A stretch of 64,000 nucleotides of DNA from assembly GCF_902713615.1 (NCBI RefSeq), contig NC_052151.1, positions 372,001 to 436,000 on the forward strand, written 5' to 3'. The translations under genes were made by a program, and so were the position numbers. Origin of the DNA: Scyliorhinus canicula. Taxonomy: Eukaryota. Every line of letters starts with the position of its first letter. Position 1 is the stretch's first letter. Of the stretch, positions 1-12,612 are shown one piece after another. The notes beneath the pieces are model-generated. The model searched no databases. It was not told the origin of the DNA and was given only the letters and a program-made list of their open reading frames with translations.

Positions 1-3000
1 CTCTCTCTCCCCGGGCCCTGCAGCACCTTCTCTCTCTCCGGGCCCTGCAGCACCTTCTCTCTCTCTCCCCCCGGGTCCTGCAGCACCTTCTCTCTCTCTC
101 CCCGGGCCCTGCAGCACCTTCTCTCTCTCTCCCCCCGGGTCCTGCAGCACCTTCTCTCTCTCTCCCCGGGCCCTGCAGCACCTTCTCTCTCCCTCCCCGG
201 GCCCTGCAGCACCTTCTCTCTCTCTCCCCCGGGCCCTGCAGCACCTTCTCTCTCTCTCCCCGGGCCCTGCAGCACCTTCTCTCTCTCTCCCCGGGCCCTG
301 CAGCACCTTCTCTCTCTCTCCGGGCCCTGCAGCACCTTCTCTCTCTCCCCGGGCCCTGCGGCACCTTCTCTCTCTCCCGGGCCCTGCAGCACCTTCTCTC
401 TCTCCCCGGGCCCTGCAGCACCTTCTCTCTCTCTCCGGGTCCTGCAGCACCTCCTCTCTCTCCCCGGGCCCTGCGGCACCTTGTCTCTCTCTCCCCAGGC
501 CCTGCAGCACCTTCTCTCTCTCCCCGGTCCCTGCAGCACATTCTCTCTCTCTCCCCGGGACCTGCAGCACCTTCTCTCTCTCTCCCCGGGCCCTGCGGCA
601 CCTTCTCTCTCTCTCCCCGGGCCCTGGGGCATCTTCTCTCTCTCTCCCCGGGCCCTGCGGCACCTTCTCTCTCTCTCCCCGGGCCCTGCGGCACCTTCTC
701 TCTCTCCCCGGGCCCTGCAGCATCTTCTCTCTCTCCCCGGGCCCTGCGGCACCTTCTCTCTCTCTCCCCGGGCCCTGCAGCACCTTCTCTCTCTCTCCCC
801 GGGCCCTGCAGCACCTTCTCTCTCTCTCCCCGGGCCCGGCGGCACCTTCTCTCTCTCTCCCCGGGCCCTGCAGCACCTTCTCTCTCTCTCCCCGGGCCCT
901 GCAGAACCTTCTCTCTCTCTCCCCGGGCCCTGCAGCACCTTCTCTCTCTCTCCCCGCGCCCTGCAGCACCTTCTCTCTCTCCCCGGTCCCTGCAGCACCT
1001 TCTCTCTCTCCCCGGGGCCCTGCGGCACCTTCTCTCTCTCTCCCCGGGACCTGCAGCACCTTCTCTCTCTCCCCCGGCCCTGCAGCACCTTCTCTCTCTC
1101 TCCCTGGGCCCTGCGGCACCTTCTCTCTCTCTCCCCGGGCCCTGCAGCACCTTCTCTCTCTCCCCAGGCCCTGCAGCACCTTCTCTCTCTCCCCAGGCCC
1201 TGCAGCACCTTCTCTCTCTCTCTCCGGGCCCTGCAGCACCTTCTCTCTCTCCCCAGGCCCTGCGGCACCTTCTCTCTCTCTCCCCTGGGCCCTGCGGCAC
1301 CTTCTCTCTCTCTCCCTTGAGCCCTGCGGCACCTTCTCTCTCCCTCCCCGGGCCCTGCGGCACCTTCTCTCTCTCCCCTGGCCCTGCAGCACCTTCTCTC
1401 TCTCTCCCCTGGGCCCTGCGGCACCTTCTCTCTCTCTCCCCTGGGCCCTGCGGCACCTTCTCTCTCCCTCCCCGGGCCCTGCGGCACCTTCTCTCTCTCT
1501 CCCCAGGCCCTGCAGCACCTTCTCTCTCTCTTCCCAGGCCCTGCAGCACCTTCTCTCTCTCCCCAGGCCCTGCAGCACCTTCTCTCTCTCTCCCCGGGCC
1601 CTGTGACACCTTCTCTCTCTCCCCTGGGCCCTGCGGCACCTTCTCTCTCTCTCTCCCCGGGTCCTGCAGCACCTTCTCTCCCTCTTCCCACGCCCTGCAG
1701 CACCTTCTCTCTCTCTCCCCGGGCCCTGCAGCACCTTCTCTCTCTCCCCGGGCCCTGCAGCACCTTCTCTCTCTCCCTGGGCCCTGCAGCACCTTCTCTC
1801 TCTCTCCCCGGGTCCTGCAGCACCTTCTCTCTCTCTCCCCGGGCCCTGCAGCACCTTCTCTCTCTCCCCGGGACCTGCAGCACCTTCTCTCCCTCTCCCC
1901 ACGCCCTGCAGCACCTTCTCTCTCTCTCCCCGGGCCCTGCAGCACCTTCACTCTCTCTCCCCTGGCCCTGCAGCACCTTCTCTCTCTCCCCGGGCCCTGC
2001 AGCACCTTCTCTCTCTCTCCCCGGGCCCTGCAGCACCTTCTCTCTCTCTCCCCGGGCCCTGCAGCACCTTCTCTCTCTCCCCCAGGAGCTGCAGCACCTT
2101 CTCTCTCTCTCCCCGGGCCCTGCAGCACCTTCTCTCTCTCTCCCCGGGCCCTGCGGCACCTTCTCTCTCTCCCCGGGCCCTGCGGCACCTTCTCTCTCTC
2201 CCCGGGCCCTGCAGCACCTTCTCTCTCTCTCCCCGGGCCCTGCAGCACCTTCACTCTCTCTCCCCTGGCCCTGCGGCACCTTCTCTCTCTCCCCCAGGAG
2301 CTGCAGCACCTTCTCTCTCTCTCCGGGCCCTGCGGCACCTTCTCTCTCTCCCCCAGGAGCTGCAGCACCTTCTCTCTCTCTCCGGGCCCTGCGGCACCTT
2401 CTCTCTCTCCCCCAGGAGCTGCGGCACCTTCTCTCTCTCCCCAGGCCCTGTGGCACCTTCTCTCTCTCTCCCCGGGCCCTGCAGCACCTTCTCTCTCTCC
2501 CCGGGCCCTGCGGCACCTTCTCTCTCTCCCCGGGCCCTGCAGCACCTTCTCTCTCTCCCCGGGCCCTGCAGCACCTTCTCTCTCTCTCCCCGGGCCCTGC
2601 GGCACCTTCTCTCTCTCTCCCCGGGCCCTGCGGCACCTTCTCTCTCTCTCCCCGGGCCCTGCGGCACCTTCTCTCTCTCTCCCCGGGCCCTGCGGCACCT
2701 TCTCTCTCTCTCCCCGGGCCCTGCAGCACCTTCTCTCTCTCCCCCCGGGCCAAGCGGCACCTTCCCTCTCTCCTCTGTGCCCTGCAGCACCTTCTCTCTC
2801 TCCCCAGTCCCTGCGGCACCTTCTCTCTCTCTCCCCTGGGCCCTGCGGCACCTTCTCTCTCTCTCCCCGGGCCCTGCGGCACCTTCTCTTTCTCTCCCCG
2901 GGCCCTGCAGCACCTTCTCTCTCCCCGGGCCCTGCAGCACCTTCTCTCTCTCCCCAGGCCCTGCGGCACCTTCTCTCTCTCTCCCCTGGGCCCTGCGGCA

Positions 3001-3631
3001 CCTTCTCTCTCTCTCCCCTGGGCCCTGCGGCACCTTCTCTCTCTCCCCGGGCCCTGCAGCACCTTCTCTCTCTCTCCCCTGGGCCCTGCGGCACCTTCTC
3101 TCTATCTCCCCGGGCCCTGCGGCACCTTCTCTCTCTCTCCTCTGGGCCCTGCAGCACCTTCTCTCTCTCTCCCCGGGCCCTGCGGCACCTTCTCTCTCTC
3201 TCCCCGGGGCCCTGCAACACCTTCTCTCTCTCCTCGGGCCCTGCAGCACCTTCTCTCTCTCTCTCCCCCAGGAGCTGCAGCACCTTCTCTCTCTCCCCGG
3301 GCCCTGCGGCACCTCCTCTCTCTCCCCGGGCCCTGCAGCACCTTCTCTCTCTCCCCGGGCCCTGCGGCACCTTCTCTCTCTCCCCGGGCCCTGCAGCACC
3401 TTCTCTCTCTCTCTCCCCGGGCCCTGCAGCACCTTCTCTCTCTCTCCGGGCCCTGCAGCACCTTCTCTCTCTCTCCCCAGGCCCTGCAGCACCTTCTCTC
3501 TCTCTCCCCGGGGCCCTGCGGCACCTTCTCTCTCTCTGCCCGGGTCCTGCAGCACCTTCTCTCTCTCTCCCCTGGGCCCTGCGGCACCTTCTCTCTCTCT
3601 CCCCAGGCCCTGCAGCACCTTCTCTCTCTCC
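1..3631. repeat. CT-rich minisatellite, unit ~30-33 bp GGGCCCTGC(A/G)GCACCT(TC)nCCCC
   Basis: Tandem units read directly. Unit length varies with the internal (CT)n tract. The array runs off the window start. Confidence 0.97.
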
Positions 3632-5262
3632 CTACCCTACGTACTCTCATCCCACGTACTCCCCGCGTTGGAGATCTCTACTGCCTCCCGAAAATACACA
3701 AGGCCAACACACCAGGCCGCCCTATCGTTTCAGGCAATGGGACCCTGTGTGAGAACCTCTCTGGCCACATCGAGGGCATCTTGAAACCCATCGTACAAGG
3801 TACACCCAGCTTCTGTCGCGACACGACAGTCTTCCTACAGAAACTCAGCACCCATGGACCAGTTGAAGCAGGAACATTCCTCGTCACAATGGATGTCTCG
3901 GCACTCTACACCAGCATCCCCCATGACGACGGCATTGCTGCAACAGCCTCAGTCCTCAACACCGACAACTGCCAATCTCCAGACGCAATTCTGCAACTTA
4001 TCCGCTTCATTCTGGATCACAACGTCTTCACCTTTGACAACAAATTCTTCATCCAGAGGCACAGAACAGCCATGGGGACCAAATTCACACCTCAATATGC
4101 CAACATCTTCATGCACAAGTTTGAACAAGACTTCCTCACCGCACAGGACCTTCAACCAACGTTATCCACCAGATACATCGATGACATTTTTTTCCTTTGG
4201 ACCCACAGCGAAGAATCACTGAAACGACTACACGATGAGATCACTAAGTTCCATCCCATCATCAGACTCACCATGGACTATTCTCCAAATTCTGTTGCAT
4301 TCTTGGACACACTCATTTCCATCAAGGACGGTCACCTCAGCACTTCGCTTTACCGCAAGCCCACAGACAACCTCTCGATGCTCCACTTCTCCAGCTTTCA
4401 CCCTAAACACATTAAAGAAGCCATCCCCTATGGACAAGCCCTCCGTATACACAGGATCTGCTCAGACGAGGAGGAGCGTAACAGACACCTACAGATGCTG
4501 AAAGATGCCCTTGTACGAACGGGATATGGCGCTCGACTCATCGATCGACAGTTCCAACACGCCACAGCAAAAAACCGCACCGAACTCCTCAGAAGACAAA
4601 CACGGGACACAACTGACAGAGTAAGCTTCGTCGTCCAGTACTTTCCTGGGGCGGAGAAACTACAACATCTTCTTCGCAGCCTTCAACACGTCATCGATGA
4701 AGATGAACATCTTGCCAAGGTCATCCCCACACCCCCACTACTGGCCTTCAAACAACCGCGCAACCTCAAACAAACCATTGTTTGTAGCAAATTACCCAGC
4801 CTTCAGAACAGTGACCACGACACCACACAACCCTGCCAGGGCAATCTCTGCAAGACGTGTCAGATCATCGACTTGGATACCACCATTACACATGGTAACA
4901 CCACCCACCAGGTACGCGGCACATACTCGTGCGACTCGACCAATGTAGTCTACCTCATACGCTGCAGGAAAGGATGTCCCGAAGCGTGGTACATTGGCGA
5001 GACCATGCAGACACTGCGACAACGAATGAACGGACATCGCAAGACAATCACCAGGCAGGAATGTTCCCTTCCAGTCGGGGAACACTTCAGCAGTCAAGGG
5101 CATTCAGCCTCTGATCTCCGGGTAAGCGTTCTCCAAGGCGGTCTTCAGGACACGTGACAACGCAGAATTGCCGAGCAAAAACTTATAGCCAAGTTCCACA
5201 CACATGAGTACGGCCTCAACCGGGATCTTGGATTCATGTCACACTACATCCACCCTCCACCA
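3632..5262 (+). mobile_element. Penelope-like retroelement (RT + GIY-YIG endonuclease), 5'-truncated, one nonsense codon
   Basis: Translation shows LPKIHK..PGRPIVS, MDVSALYTSI, TAMG, RYIDDIF, a Cys linker (PCQGNLCKTC) and VVYLIRC...WYIGET...RMNGHR. After TGA 5155-5157 the frame continues QRRIAEQKLIAKFHTHEYGLNRD. Confidence 0.93.
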
Positions 5263-5818
5263 TCAGTCTCTGGTCGGGGGTTCACGATGGGGTCGCGTGA
5301 TCGGCCGGCTAGCTTTACCGTGTCCTCCAGGTCCTGGGCCCCTTTCTCGTGAAGACGCTGCCGCACATAATTGGATTGGACCCCTGCAACATACATGTCT
5401 TGGACGGCGAGTTCCATGTGCTGAGTGGCTGTCACGGCCTGGAAGTTACAGTTGCGAGCTTTAAGGTTGCGCAGATAGTCTTCTAGCAACTCCCCAGGGC
5501 GCTGGCGATGAGTTGTAAAGATGTACCGCGCGTAAACTTCATTTACGGGCTGCACGTACAGGCAGTCAAGTATCGCGAGGGTCTCGGTATAAGAGTCAGT
5601 AACATCAAGTTGAGTAGAAATACGACGGCTCACCCGTGCGTGGAGAAGACTTAGTTTCTGTTCATCAGTAACAGAGGAGGTCGTCGATGCAGCCAGGTCG
5701 GCCTTGAGGCACCGAAGCCAATGCAAAAACATTTCCTTTGCCTCTGCGGCCTGTGGATCGAGTTCCAGTCGGTCAGGTTTGAGGGCTGATTCCACAGTAG
5801 TTTTTAAGCCGATTAAAT
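5263..5818 (-). mobile_element. LTR retrotransposon (Gypsy-like) gag fragment
   Basis: ORF 5244-5795 (LKPDRLELDPQAAEAKEMFLHWLRC...RQRPGELLEDYLRNLK) has a retrotransposon gag-like RQ.PGE motif and lies directly downstream of an LTR-like sequence. Confidence 0.75.
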
Positions 5819-6104
5819 TGATGCGACCATCTATTCACTCAGAGACACGAGTTGGAGAACACTGTGGCTTTAATCGGCTTACAACTGAGCCTGCCTGCGA
5901 CTGCACGGTACTGAGGGTGGACTCGCAGGACCGCAGCACTTATACTCCCTAAAGGGGGCGGAGCCGAGGGCGGAGCCGAGGGCGGAGCCCTGTACATGCT
6001 CCTCATCTCCCCCTGTGGGCAGAGCCGCGCAGCGACTCACAGATGGAGCCCACATGGACACAGTAATGTACAGTGTGAATTATAGTGGTTACACATTCAC
6101 CACA
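5819..6104 (-). mobile_element. 5' LTR (~286 bp) of the Gypsy-like element
   Basis: The minus strand begins TGTGGTG and ends GCATCA. It contains a TATAAG (~5938-5943), a downstream ATTAAA (~5869-5874) and three tandem GGCGGAGCC GC-boxes. Confidence 0.65.
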
Positions 6105-6915
6105 CCTGGTACACATGTTCGTGGTGCATGTGTGTGTGTGATACATGCATACATATGTGGTTCATGCGTGGATAGTGCATGCGTGTGTGGTGCTTGCATG
6201 GGTGGTAAATGCGTGTGTGCAGATGTATGTGCGGTACATGCGTGTATGGTAAATGTGTGGGGACCATGTGTGTGGACCATGTGTGTGGTACATGTGTGTG
6301 TGGTACATGTGTGTGTGTGGTTAATGTGTGCGCAGTGTGTGCGGTACAAGCATGTGTGGTACATGTGTGTATGGTACATGCCAATGGTACATGTGTGTGT
6401 GGTACATGTGTGTGGTACATGCATGTGTGGTACATGCGTGTGTGGTTCATGTGTGTGGTATGTGTGTGTTTTACATTGTGTGTGTGTGGTACATCTGTGT
6501 GCGGTACATGTGTGTGGTATATTTGTGTGTGGTACATGCATGTGTGGTACATGTGTGTGTGGTTCATGTGTGTGATACATGCGTGTGTGGTACATGTATA
6601 TGATACATATGTGTGGTACATGCGTGCATGTTACATGATGTGCGGTACATGTGTATGTGGTACATGTGTGTGTGGTACATGCATGTGCGGTATGTGTGTG
6701 CAGTACATGTGTGTATGCTATATGCCTGTGCGGTACATGTGTATGTGATACATGTGTGTGTGGTACATGCATGTGAGATACATGCATGTGAGGTACCCAT
6801 GTGTGCGGTACATGCATGTTCAGTACTTGCATGTACGGTATATTCATGTGCGGTTAATACGTGTGTGGTACATACGTGCATGTTACATGTGTGTGTGATT
6901 CATGCATGTGGTACC
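6105..6915. repeat. Degenerate TG-rich GGTACATGTGTGT repeat
   Basis: Read directly. Second copy at 24661-25382. Confidence 0.9.
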
Positions 6916-7109
6916 AAGCCTCCAGTCCCAGACATTGAGCCCTGAACAACCGATTACTACAGGCAGTGAGGAGAAAGGAGAAGGAGCTGTTGTTTCTCTG
7001 TGTTTACAGCGAGGCAGAGCTCAAAATCAGAGACATAAATCAGACTGATCGGGCAGGAAACATTAGTGACAGGAGGGAGGTTTACAAAGGGACAGTGGAT
7101 CACTGCTGT

Positions 7110-7240
7110 TATTGATCCACATTAATGACCCAGACTTGGTACAGGGAACAATTGTACAATTTGCAGATGACACAAAGATCGTGTGTACGGTGAACTATGA
7201 CGAGGATAGTGATAGACTGGTAGAGAATATAAGAGGCAGA
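7110..7240 (+). mobile_element. Old CR1/L2-type RT fragment
   Basis: IHINDPDLVQGTIVQFADDTKI matches the RT YINDL...KFADDTK region. Copy at ~25576-25706. Confidence 0.6.
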
Positions 7241-7824
7241 GCAGAAACAAATGCTTTTGAAGATGGTGTGGTTGCAGTGACAGAGATTCCCCAGCAGAGG
7301 GAACCCACGCTCCATCGTCCAGCTCAAAGACAAGAATGAGTGACAGGAATTGGGAGATGTTCCCTCTGGAACTGATCAATAATTTTAGCACCAGGGACAA
7401 CCTTCCGACTCTAATATCTTCATTAAACATCACCACTCATGCCTAAGGCAAGTCAGAATTCCGGATCCCGAACTGCGTTTCCTCTTCCTGATCCAAATGC
7501 AGAATCCTTAAACTTGATCAATGTTTGGAATTCCTAATCCTGATTGCTGCTTTTGATCATGATCCAGGGATTCCTGCACTTCCTGACACATCCAGGATTG
7601 TTCCTGATTCCTATCCAGGATTTCTTTCCCAGAGCAGTATCTGGAATTCCTGCTCTTGATCCCTATCCGGGATTCCTGATCCCAAATCCAATGTGGGATT
7701 CATATACCCAAAGCAGCATCTGGGGTTCCTGTTCCTGAACCCAGTCTGTACCGTCAACACAAAGCATTGCAGTAACTCACCAAGGCTCCTTAGACAGCAC
7801 CTTCCTTTACCGGGGTCGACCTGC

Positions 7825-9150
7825 GTTTGGATTATTTACGCGGGCAGGCCTGCGTTTGGATTATTTATCTTGGTCTGGGTTGCGGCTATGTTTGGATTGT
7901 TTATCTGGGTCGGGACTGTGTTTGGATTGTTTATCTGGGTCGGGCTGTGTTTGGATTGTTTATCAGGGTCGGTGCTGTGTTTGGATTGTTTATCTGGGTC
8001 GGGGCTGTGTTTGGATTGTTTATCTGGGTCAGGGCTGTGTTTGGATTGTTTATCTGGGTCGGGGCTGTGTTTGGATTGTTTATCTGGGTCAGGGCTGTGT
8101 TAGGATTGTGTATTAGTGCGCCTGTGTTTGGATTGTGTATCTGGTTTGGGTCTGTGTTTGGATTGTGTATCTGGGTCGGGGCTGTGTTTGGATTGTTTAT
8201 CTGGGTCAGGACTGTGTTTGGATTGTTTATCTGGGTCAGGGCTGTGTTTGGATTGTGTATCTGGGTCAGGGCTGTGTTTGGATTGTTTATCAGGGTCGGG
8301 GCTGTGTTTGGATTAGTTATCTGGGTCAGGGCTGTGTTTGGATTGTTTATCTGGGTCAGGGCTGTGTTTGGATTGTTTGCCTGAGTCGGGGCTATGTTTG
8401 GATTGTTTATCTGGGTCAGGACTGTGTTTGGATTGTTTATCTGGGTCGGGAATGGGTTTGGATTGTTTATATGGGTCAGGACTGTGTTTGGATTGTTTAT
8501 CTGGGTCGGGAATGGTTTTGGATTGTGTTTCTGGGTCAGGGCTGCGTTTGGATTGTTTATCTGGGTCGGGGCTGTGTTTGGATTGTTTATCTTGGTTGGG
8601 ACTGTGTTTGGATTGTTTATCTGGGTCAGGACTGTGTTTGGATTGTGTTTCTGGGTCGGGGCTGTGTTTGGATTGTTTATCTTGGTCGGGGCTGTGTTTG
8701 GATTGTTTATATGGGTCAGGGCTGTGTTTGGATTGTTTATCTGGGTCAGGGCTGCGCTTGGATTGTTTATCTGGGTCAGGGCTGTGTTTGGATTGTTTTT
8801 CTAGGTCAGGGCTGTGTTTGGATTGTTTTTCTGGGTTGGGTGTGTGTTTGGATTGTTTATCTGGGTCAGGGCTGTGTTTGGATTGTGTTTCTGGGTCGGG
8901 GCTGAGTTTTGATTGTTTATCTGGGTCGGGGCTGTGTTTGGACTGTTTATCTGGGTCGGGACTGTGTTTGGATTGTTTATCTGGGTCAGGGCTGTGTTTG
9001 GATTGTTTATCTGGGTCAGGACTGTGTTTGGATTGTTTATCTGGGTCAGGGCTGTGTTTGGATTGTTTATCTGGATCGGGACTGTGTTTGGATTGTGTTT
9101 CTGGGTCAGGGCTGTGTTTGGATTGTGTTTCTGGGTCAGGGCTGTGTTTC
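7825..9150. repeat. 30-bp minisatellite GTTTGGATTGTTTATCTGGGTCAGGGCTGT
   Basis: About 44 tandem units read directly. Confidence 0.97.
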
Positions 9151-9289
9151 AGGAACTGTTGTGGTTCTCGGTGAGTTAATGACAGGCAGAGTGCTGACTC
9201 CGCCCCACTGTTGTTTTTGGGTTTCTGGTGTTGAGGTAAGTTTGTGAGACGGGCTGAGAGCGTGAGAGGGAACGACTGAGAGAGAAAGT

Positions 9290-9660
9290 AGGAGTGAGAG
9301 AGAGAGAGAGAGATTGAGAGTGAATGAGTGGCTGAGATAGGGAGTGGATTTGCAGGAGACTGAGACAAGTGACTGGTGTGAGGAAGTGGGACTCTCGGGG
9401 TAAAGGCGGGGAGAGAACTTGAGGGAGAGGCTGATTGAGGAGTGAGTGAAAACAGAGTGTGAGCAAGATACTGAGGGACTGAGAGGAAGTGAGAGAGAGA
9501 GAGAGAGAGAAAACGAGAGACAAAGGAAGAGTGTGGAGGACAGAGTGACTGAAGGAGAGACACAGAGAGTGAATCAGAGAAAGTGAGAGAGACTTGTGTG
9601 CGAGAGTAAGCGAGAGATCGAGACAGCGGAAGAGAGAGCGAGGGACTAGACACACGGGAC
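9290..9660. repeat. GA-rich low-complexity tract
   Basis: (GA)n runs within purine-rich sequence. Confidence 0.7.
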
Positions 9661-9867
9661 CAGGGGACCTGTGAACAGAACCGAGGAGTGAAGTGGATTC
9701 TGTGAGGAGGTGAGCTGCAAACCATCAACAACGCAATGATCGGGGTGGGGGGGGGGGGAGGGAGGTGGGGGGGAGGGGGGTGGGGGGAGAGAGGGGCCAC
9801 GATTTAACACTGACAGGCCTATTGTATAACCAGCACTGTACCCCCCCCCCCCCCCCCCCCCAGTACT

Positions 9868-10085
9868 GGGGGCTGGGTCAGCTGAGTTGGTGGACAGCTG
9901 GTTCGTGAGGCACAGCGAAGCCAATGGCGTGGGTTCGATTCCCGCACCGGCTGAGGTTATTCAGCAAGGTCCCACCTTCTCACCCTCGGCCCTCGCCTGA
10001 GGGGTGATGACCTTCCGGTTAAATCCCCACCGGTCAGCTCTCCCCCCCCCCCCCCACCGCCTCTGGTCATCGGGGGCTATGGCCA
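9868..10085 (+). mobile_element. tRNA-derived SINE
   Basis: A-box-like CAGCTGAGTTGG and B-box GGTTCGATTCCC followed by a non-tRNA body. Copy at ~28405-28625. Confidence 0.65.
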
Positions 10086-10171
10086 CGTCCCCTGTGCCCC
10101 GCTGTTATTCACTGACGCTCCTATCGTACCCCAGTGTGATTTTGTTATTTTAGGTTTTTCCATCTTGTTGG

Positions 10172-10785
10172 TTCAGCTCCATGTTTGAACCAAGGCTGTA
10201 ATGAGGTCAGGAGCTGAGTGACCCTGGGGGAACCCAAACTGAGTGTCCGTGAGCAGGTTATTGCTGAGTAAGTGCTGCTTGATAGCCCTGTTGCTGACTC
10301 CTCCCATCACTTTGCTGCTGATGGAGAGTAGACTGATAGGGCGGTAATTGGCTGGGTCGGATTTGTCCTGTTTCTTGTGTACAGGACAGACCTGGGCAAT
10401 TTCCCACATTGCCGGGTAGATGCCAGGGTTGTAGCTGTACTGGAACAGCTTGGCTAGGGGGGCGGCAAGTTCTGGAGCACATCTACAATACTATTGCTGG
10501 GATATTGTCAGGGCCCGGGGCCTTTGCTGTATCCAGGGCCTTCAGCTGTTTCTGGATATCACACGGAGTGAATCGTATTGGCTGAAGATTCACAGCTGTG
10601 ATGCTGGGGACCTCCGGAGGAGACCGAGATGGATCATCCACTCGGCACTTCTGGCTGAAGATTGTTGCGAATGCCTCAGTTTTCCTTTTGTTCAGATGTG
10701 CTGGGCTCCTCCATCATTGAGGAAGGGGATATTTGTGAAGCCTCCTCCTCCAGTGAGTTGTTTAATTCTCCACCATTCACGGCTG
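10172..10785 (-). mobile_element. CR1-clade LINE RT fragment
   Basis: WEIAQVCPVHKKQDKSDPANYRPISLLSISSKVM...QFGF. Copy at ~28711-29322. Confidence 0.85.
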
Positions 10786-11385
10786 GAAGACATTAAGAAT
10801 ATTGCATTCTACGTATTGGGCATTTTCAGGGTTAAAAGCCTGGGGTTGGAGTGTGTTTAACTGCAGTGGTCATGTTTTTATAAAAAATCATTCTGTTTTG
10901 CAATGCCTGGGTGCTGTTAGCAGCCGGAAGGTGAAATTGACAAAGGAATTGTTTTTCAGTCTGGGCTAATGGACTGTGGTTTGACTGGGGAAGTCCCTGT
11001 GGAGTTAATGTGCTTTGTCTCCTGCAGAGATCATTTATTTTTCAGCTTGGGGAGATGAGGTCATTGCTGAGTGGAGTTGAGAAAGGCAGAGAGACATTTT
11101 GAAAAGCTTTAGAGAGGCAGTTTTTGTGGAGAAACTTTGGAGAGCGGAGTTGAATTGTGAGCTGCCAGATGCTCCACAATTCTCCCACAGTGAGATAGAC
11201 TGAGAGCCGGATGTTTATTTTCTTGTTGTTTAATGGGAAATTGAGTAGTTGTGTTTAAAGTGTAAATTGTCCGCTGTTCTTTTGGGAAGTTAAAAGTTAA
11301 TAACGGTTAGTAGTTATAATAAAGTTTTGTTTTAAAAATAACCACTCACTATTTCTTCATAGAATCTCTCCTGGAGTGAATCATT

Positions 11386-12210
11386 GGGCAGGATTCTCTG
11401 AAAATGGGGCTATGTCCCCCAGGCCGGCAGGAAAACCGGCGCCAACTTCTCCGGAGTCAACAGCTCCGAAAGTGAGGAATTCTCCAATTTCTCAGGGCTA
11501 GGTTGACGTCGGAGTGGTTGGCACAGCTCCAGCCGGCACCGAAGGGCCGGCGCGAGTTCGCACATGAGCGGAACGGCCGGCGTGATCTCACGCATGCGCA
11601 GACCGGCCGGCGTGATCTCACGCATGCGCAGACCGGCCGGCGTGATCTCACGCATGCGCAGACCGGCCGGCGTGATCTCACGCGTGCGCAGACCAGCCGG
11701 CGTGATCTCACGCATGCGCAGACCGGCCGGCGTGATCTCACGCATGCGCAGACCGGCCGGCGTGATCTCACGCATGCGCAGACCGGCCGGCGTGATCTCA
11801 CGCATGCGCAGACCGGCTGCCGTATTTCCACGCATGTGCGGGGATTCCCTTTTCTGCGCCGGCCCTGGGCAATATGGCAGAGCCCTACAGGGGCCTGGCG
11901 CGGAGTAAAGAAGGCCCCCCCATGGAAGCAGCCCACCTGCCGATCGGTACGCCCTGATCACGCACCAGGCCACCGTGGGGGCCCCCCCAGGGTCGGATAC
12001 CCCGCACCCCCCCCCCCCCCCCCAGGACCGCCCCCACTTATCTGCCAGGTCCCGCCATGCGTGAGATGAGTCATTCACGCCGATGGGACTGGCCAAAACT
12101 TTACGGCCACTCGGCCCATCGGGGGGGTGGGGAGGAGGCGCTGTCAATGGCCAAAAATGGTGCCGGAGAGAGGGCAGCCAACCCTGGCACAGGGTCGGAG
12201 AATCCCGGCC
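11386..12210. mobile_element. MITE / non-autonomous DNA transposon (PIF/Harbinger-like ends) with internal VNTR
   Basis: Imperfect 15-bp TIRs GGGCAGGATTCTCTG / CGGAGAATCCCGGCC (12/15 complementary). GC-rich interior with no transposase. Confidence 0.7.
11575..11817. repeat. 30-bp CpG-rich VNTR GGCCGGCGTGATCTCACGCATGCGCAGACC x8
   Basis: 8 units counted here and 10 in the copy at ~30114-30416. Confidence 0.95.
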
Positions 12211-12612
12211 GTTGTTTCTGAACAGCCTTAAAATAAGCTAAATTATTGGGGTTTTGGTTCAGTATCCTAGCAACTGTTGGGGCCTGGTCTGGGATTGGAA
12301 TAACCACCATTCACGGTTGGATGTGGCAGGACTGTAGAGCTTAGATCTGATGCGTTGGTTGAGGAATCGCTGAGCTCTGTCTATTACTTGCTGCTTATGC
12401 TGTTTGACTCACAGGCCTGTGTTGTAGCTTCACCAGGTTGACACCTCAGTTTATCGGTATGTCTGATGTTGTTCCTGACGTGCTGTCCTGCGCTCTTCAT
12501 TGAACCAGCGTTGCTCCCCTGGCTGGGTGGTAATGGTAGAGTGGGGGATATGCTGGGCTATGAGGTTACAGATTGTGGGTGAATACAATTCAGCTCATGG
12601 ATGCCCAATCTT

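Noticed and set aside
481-3784. Long Pro/Ser/Leu-rich ORFs (279-1184 aa)
   Set aside because: Translations of a stop-poor satellite open in several frames. Only 3632-5157 is real coding sequence (TE).
6015-6945. Cys/His-rich metallothionein- or keratin-associated-like ORFs
   Set aside because: An artefact of TG/CA dinucleotide-rich repeat in all six frames.
8313-9800. 495-aa KQSKHSPDPD repeat ORF (and 26749-28350)
   Set aside because: Reverse translation of the 30-bp minisatellite plus GA low-complexity sequence.
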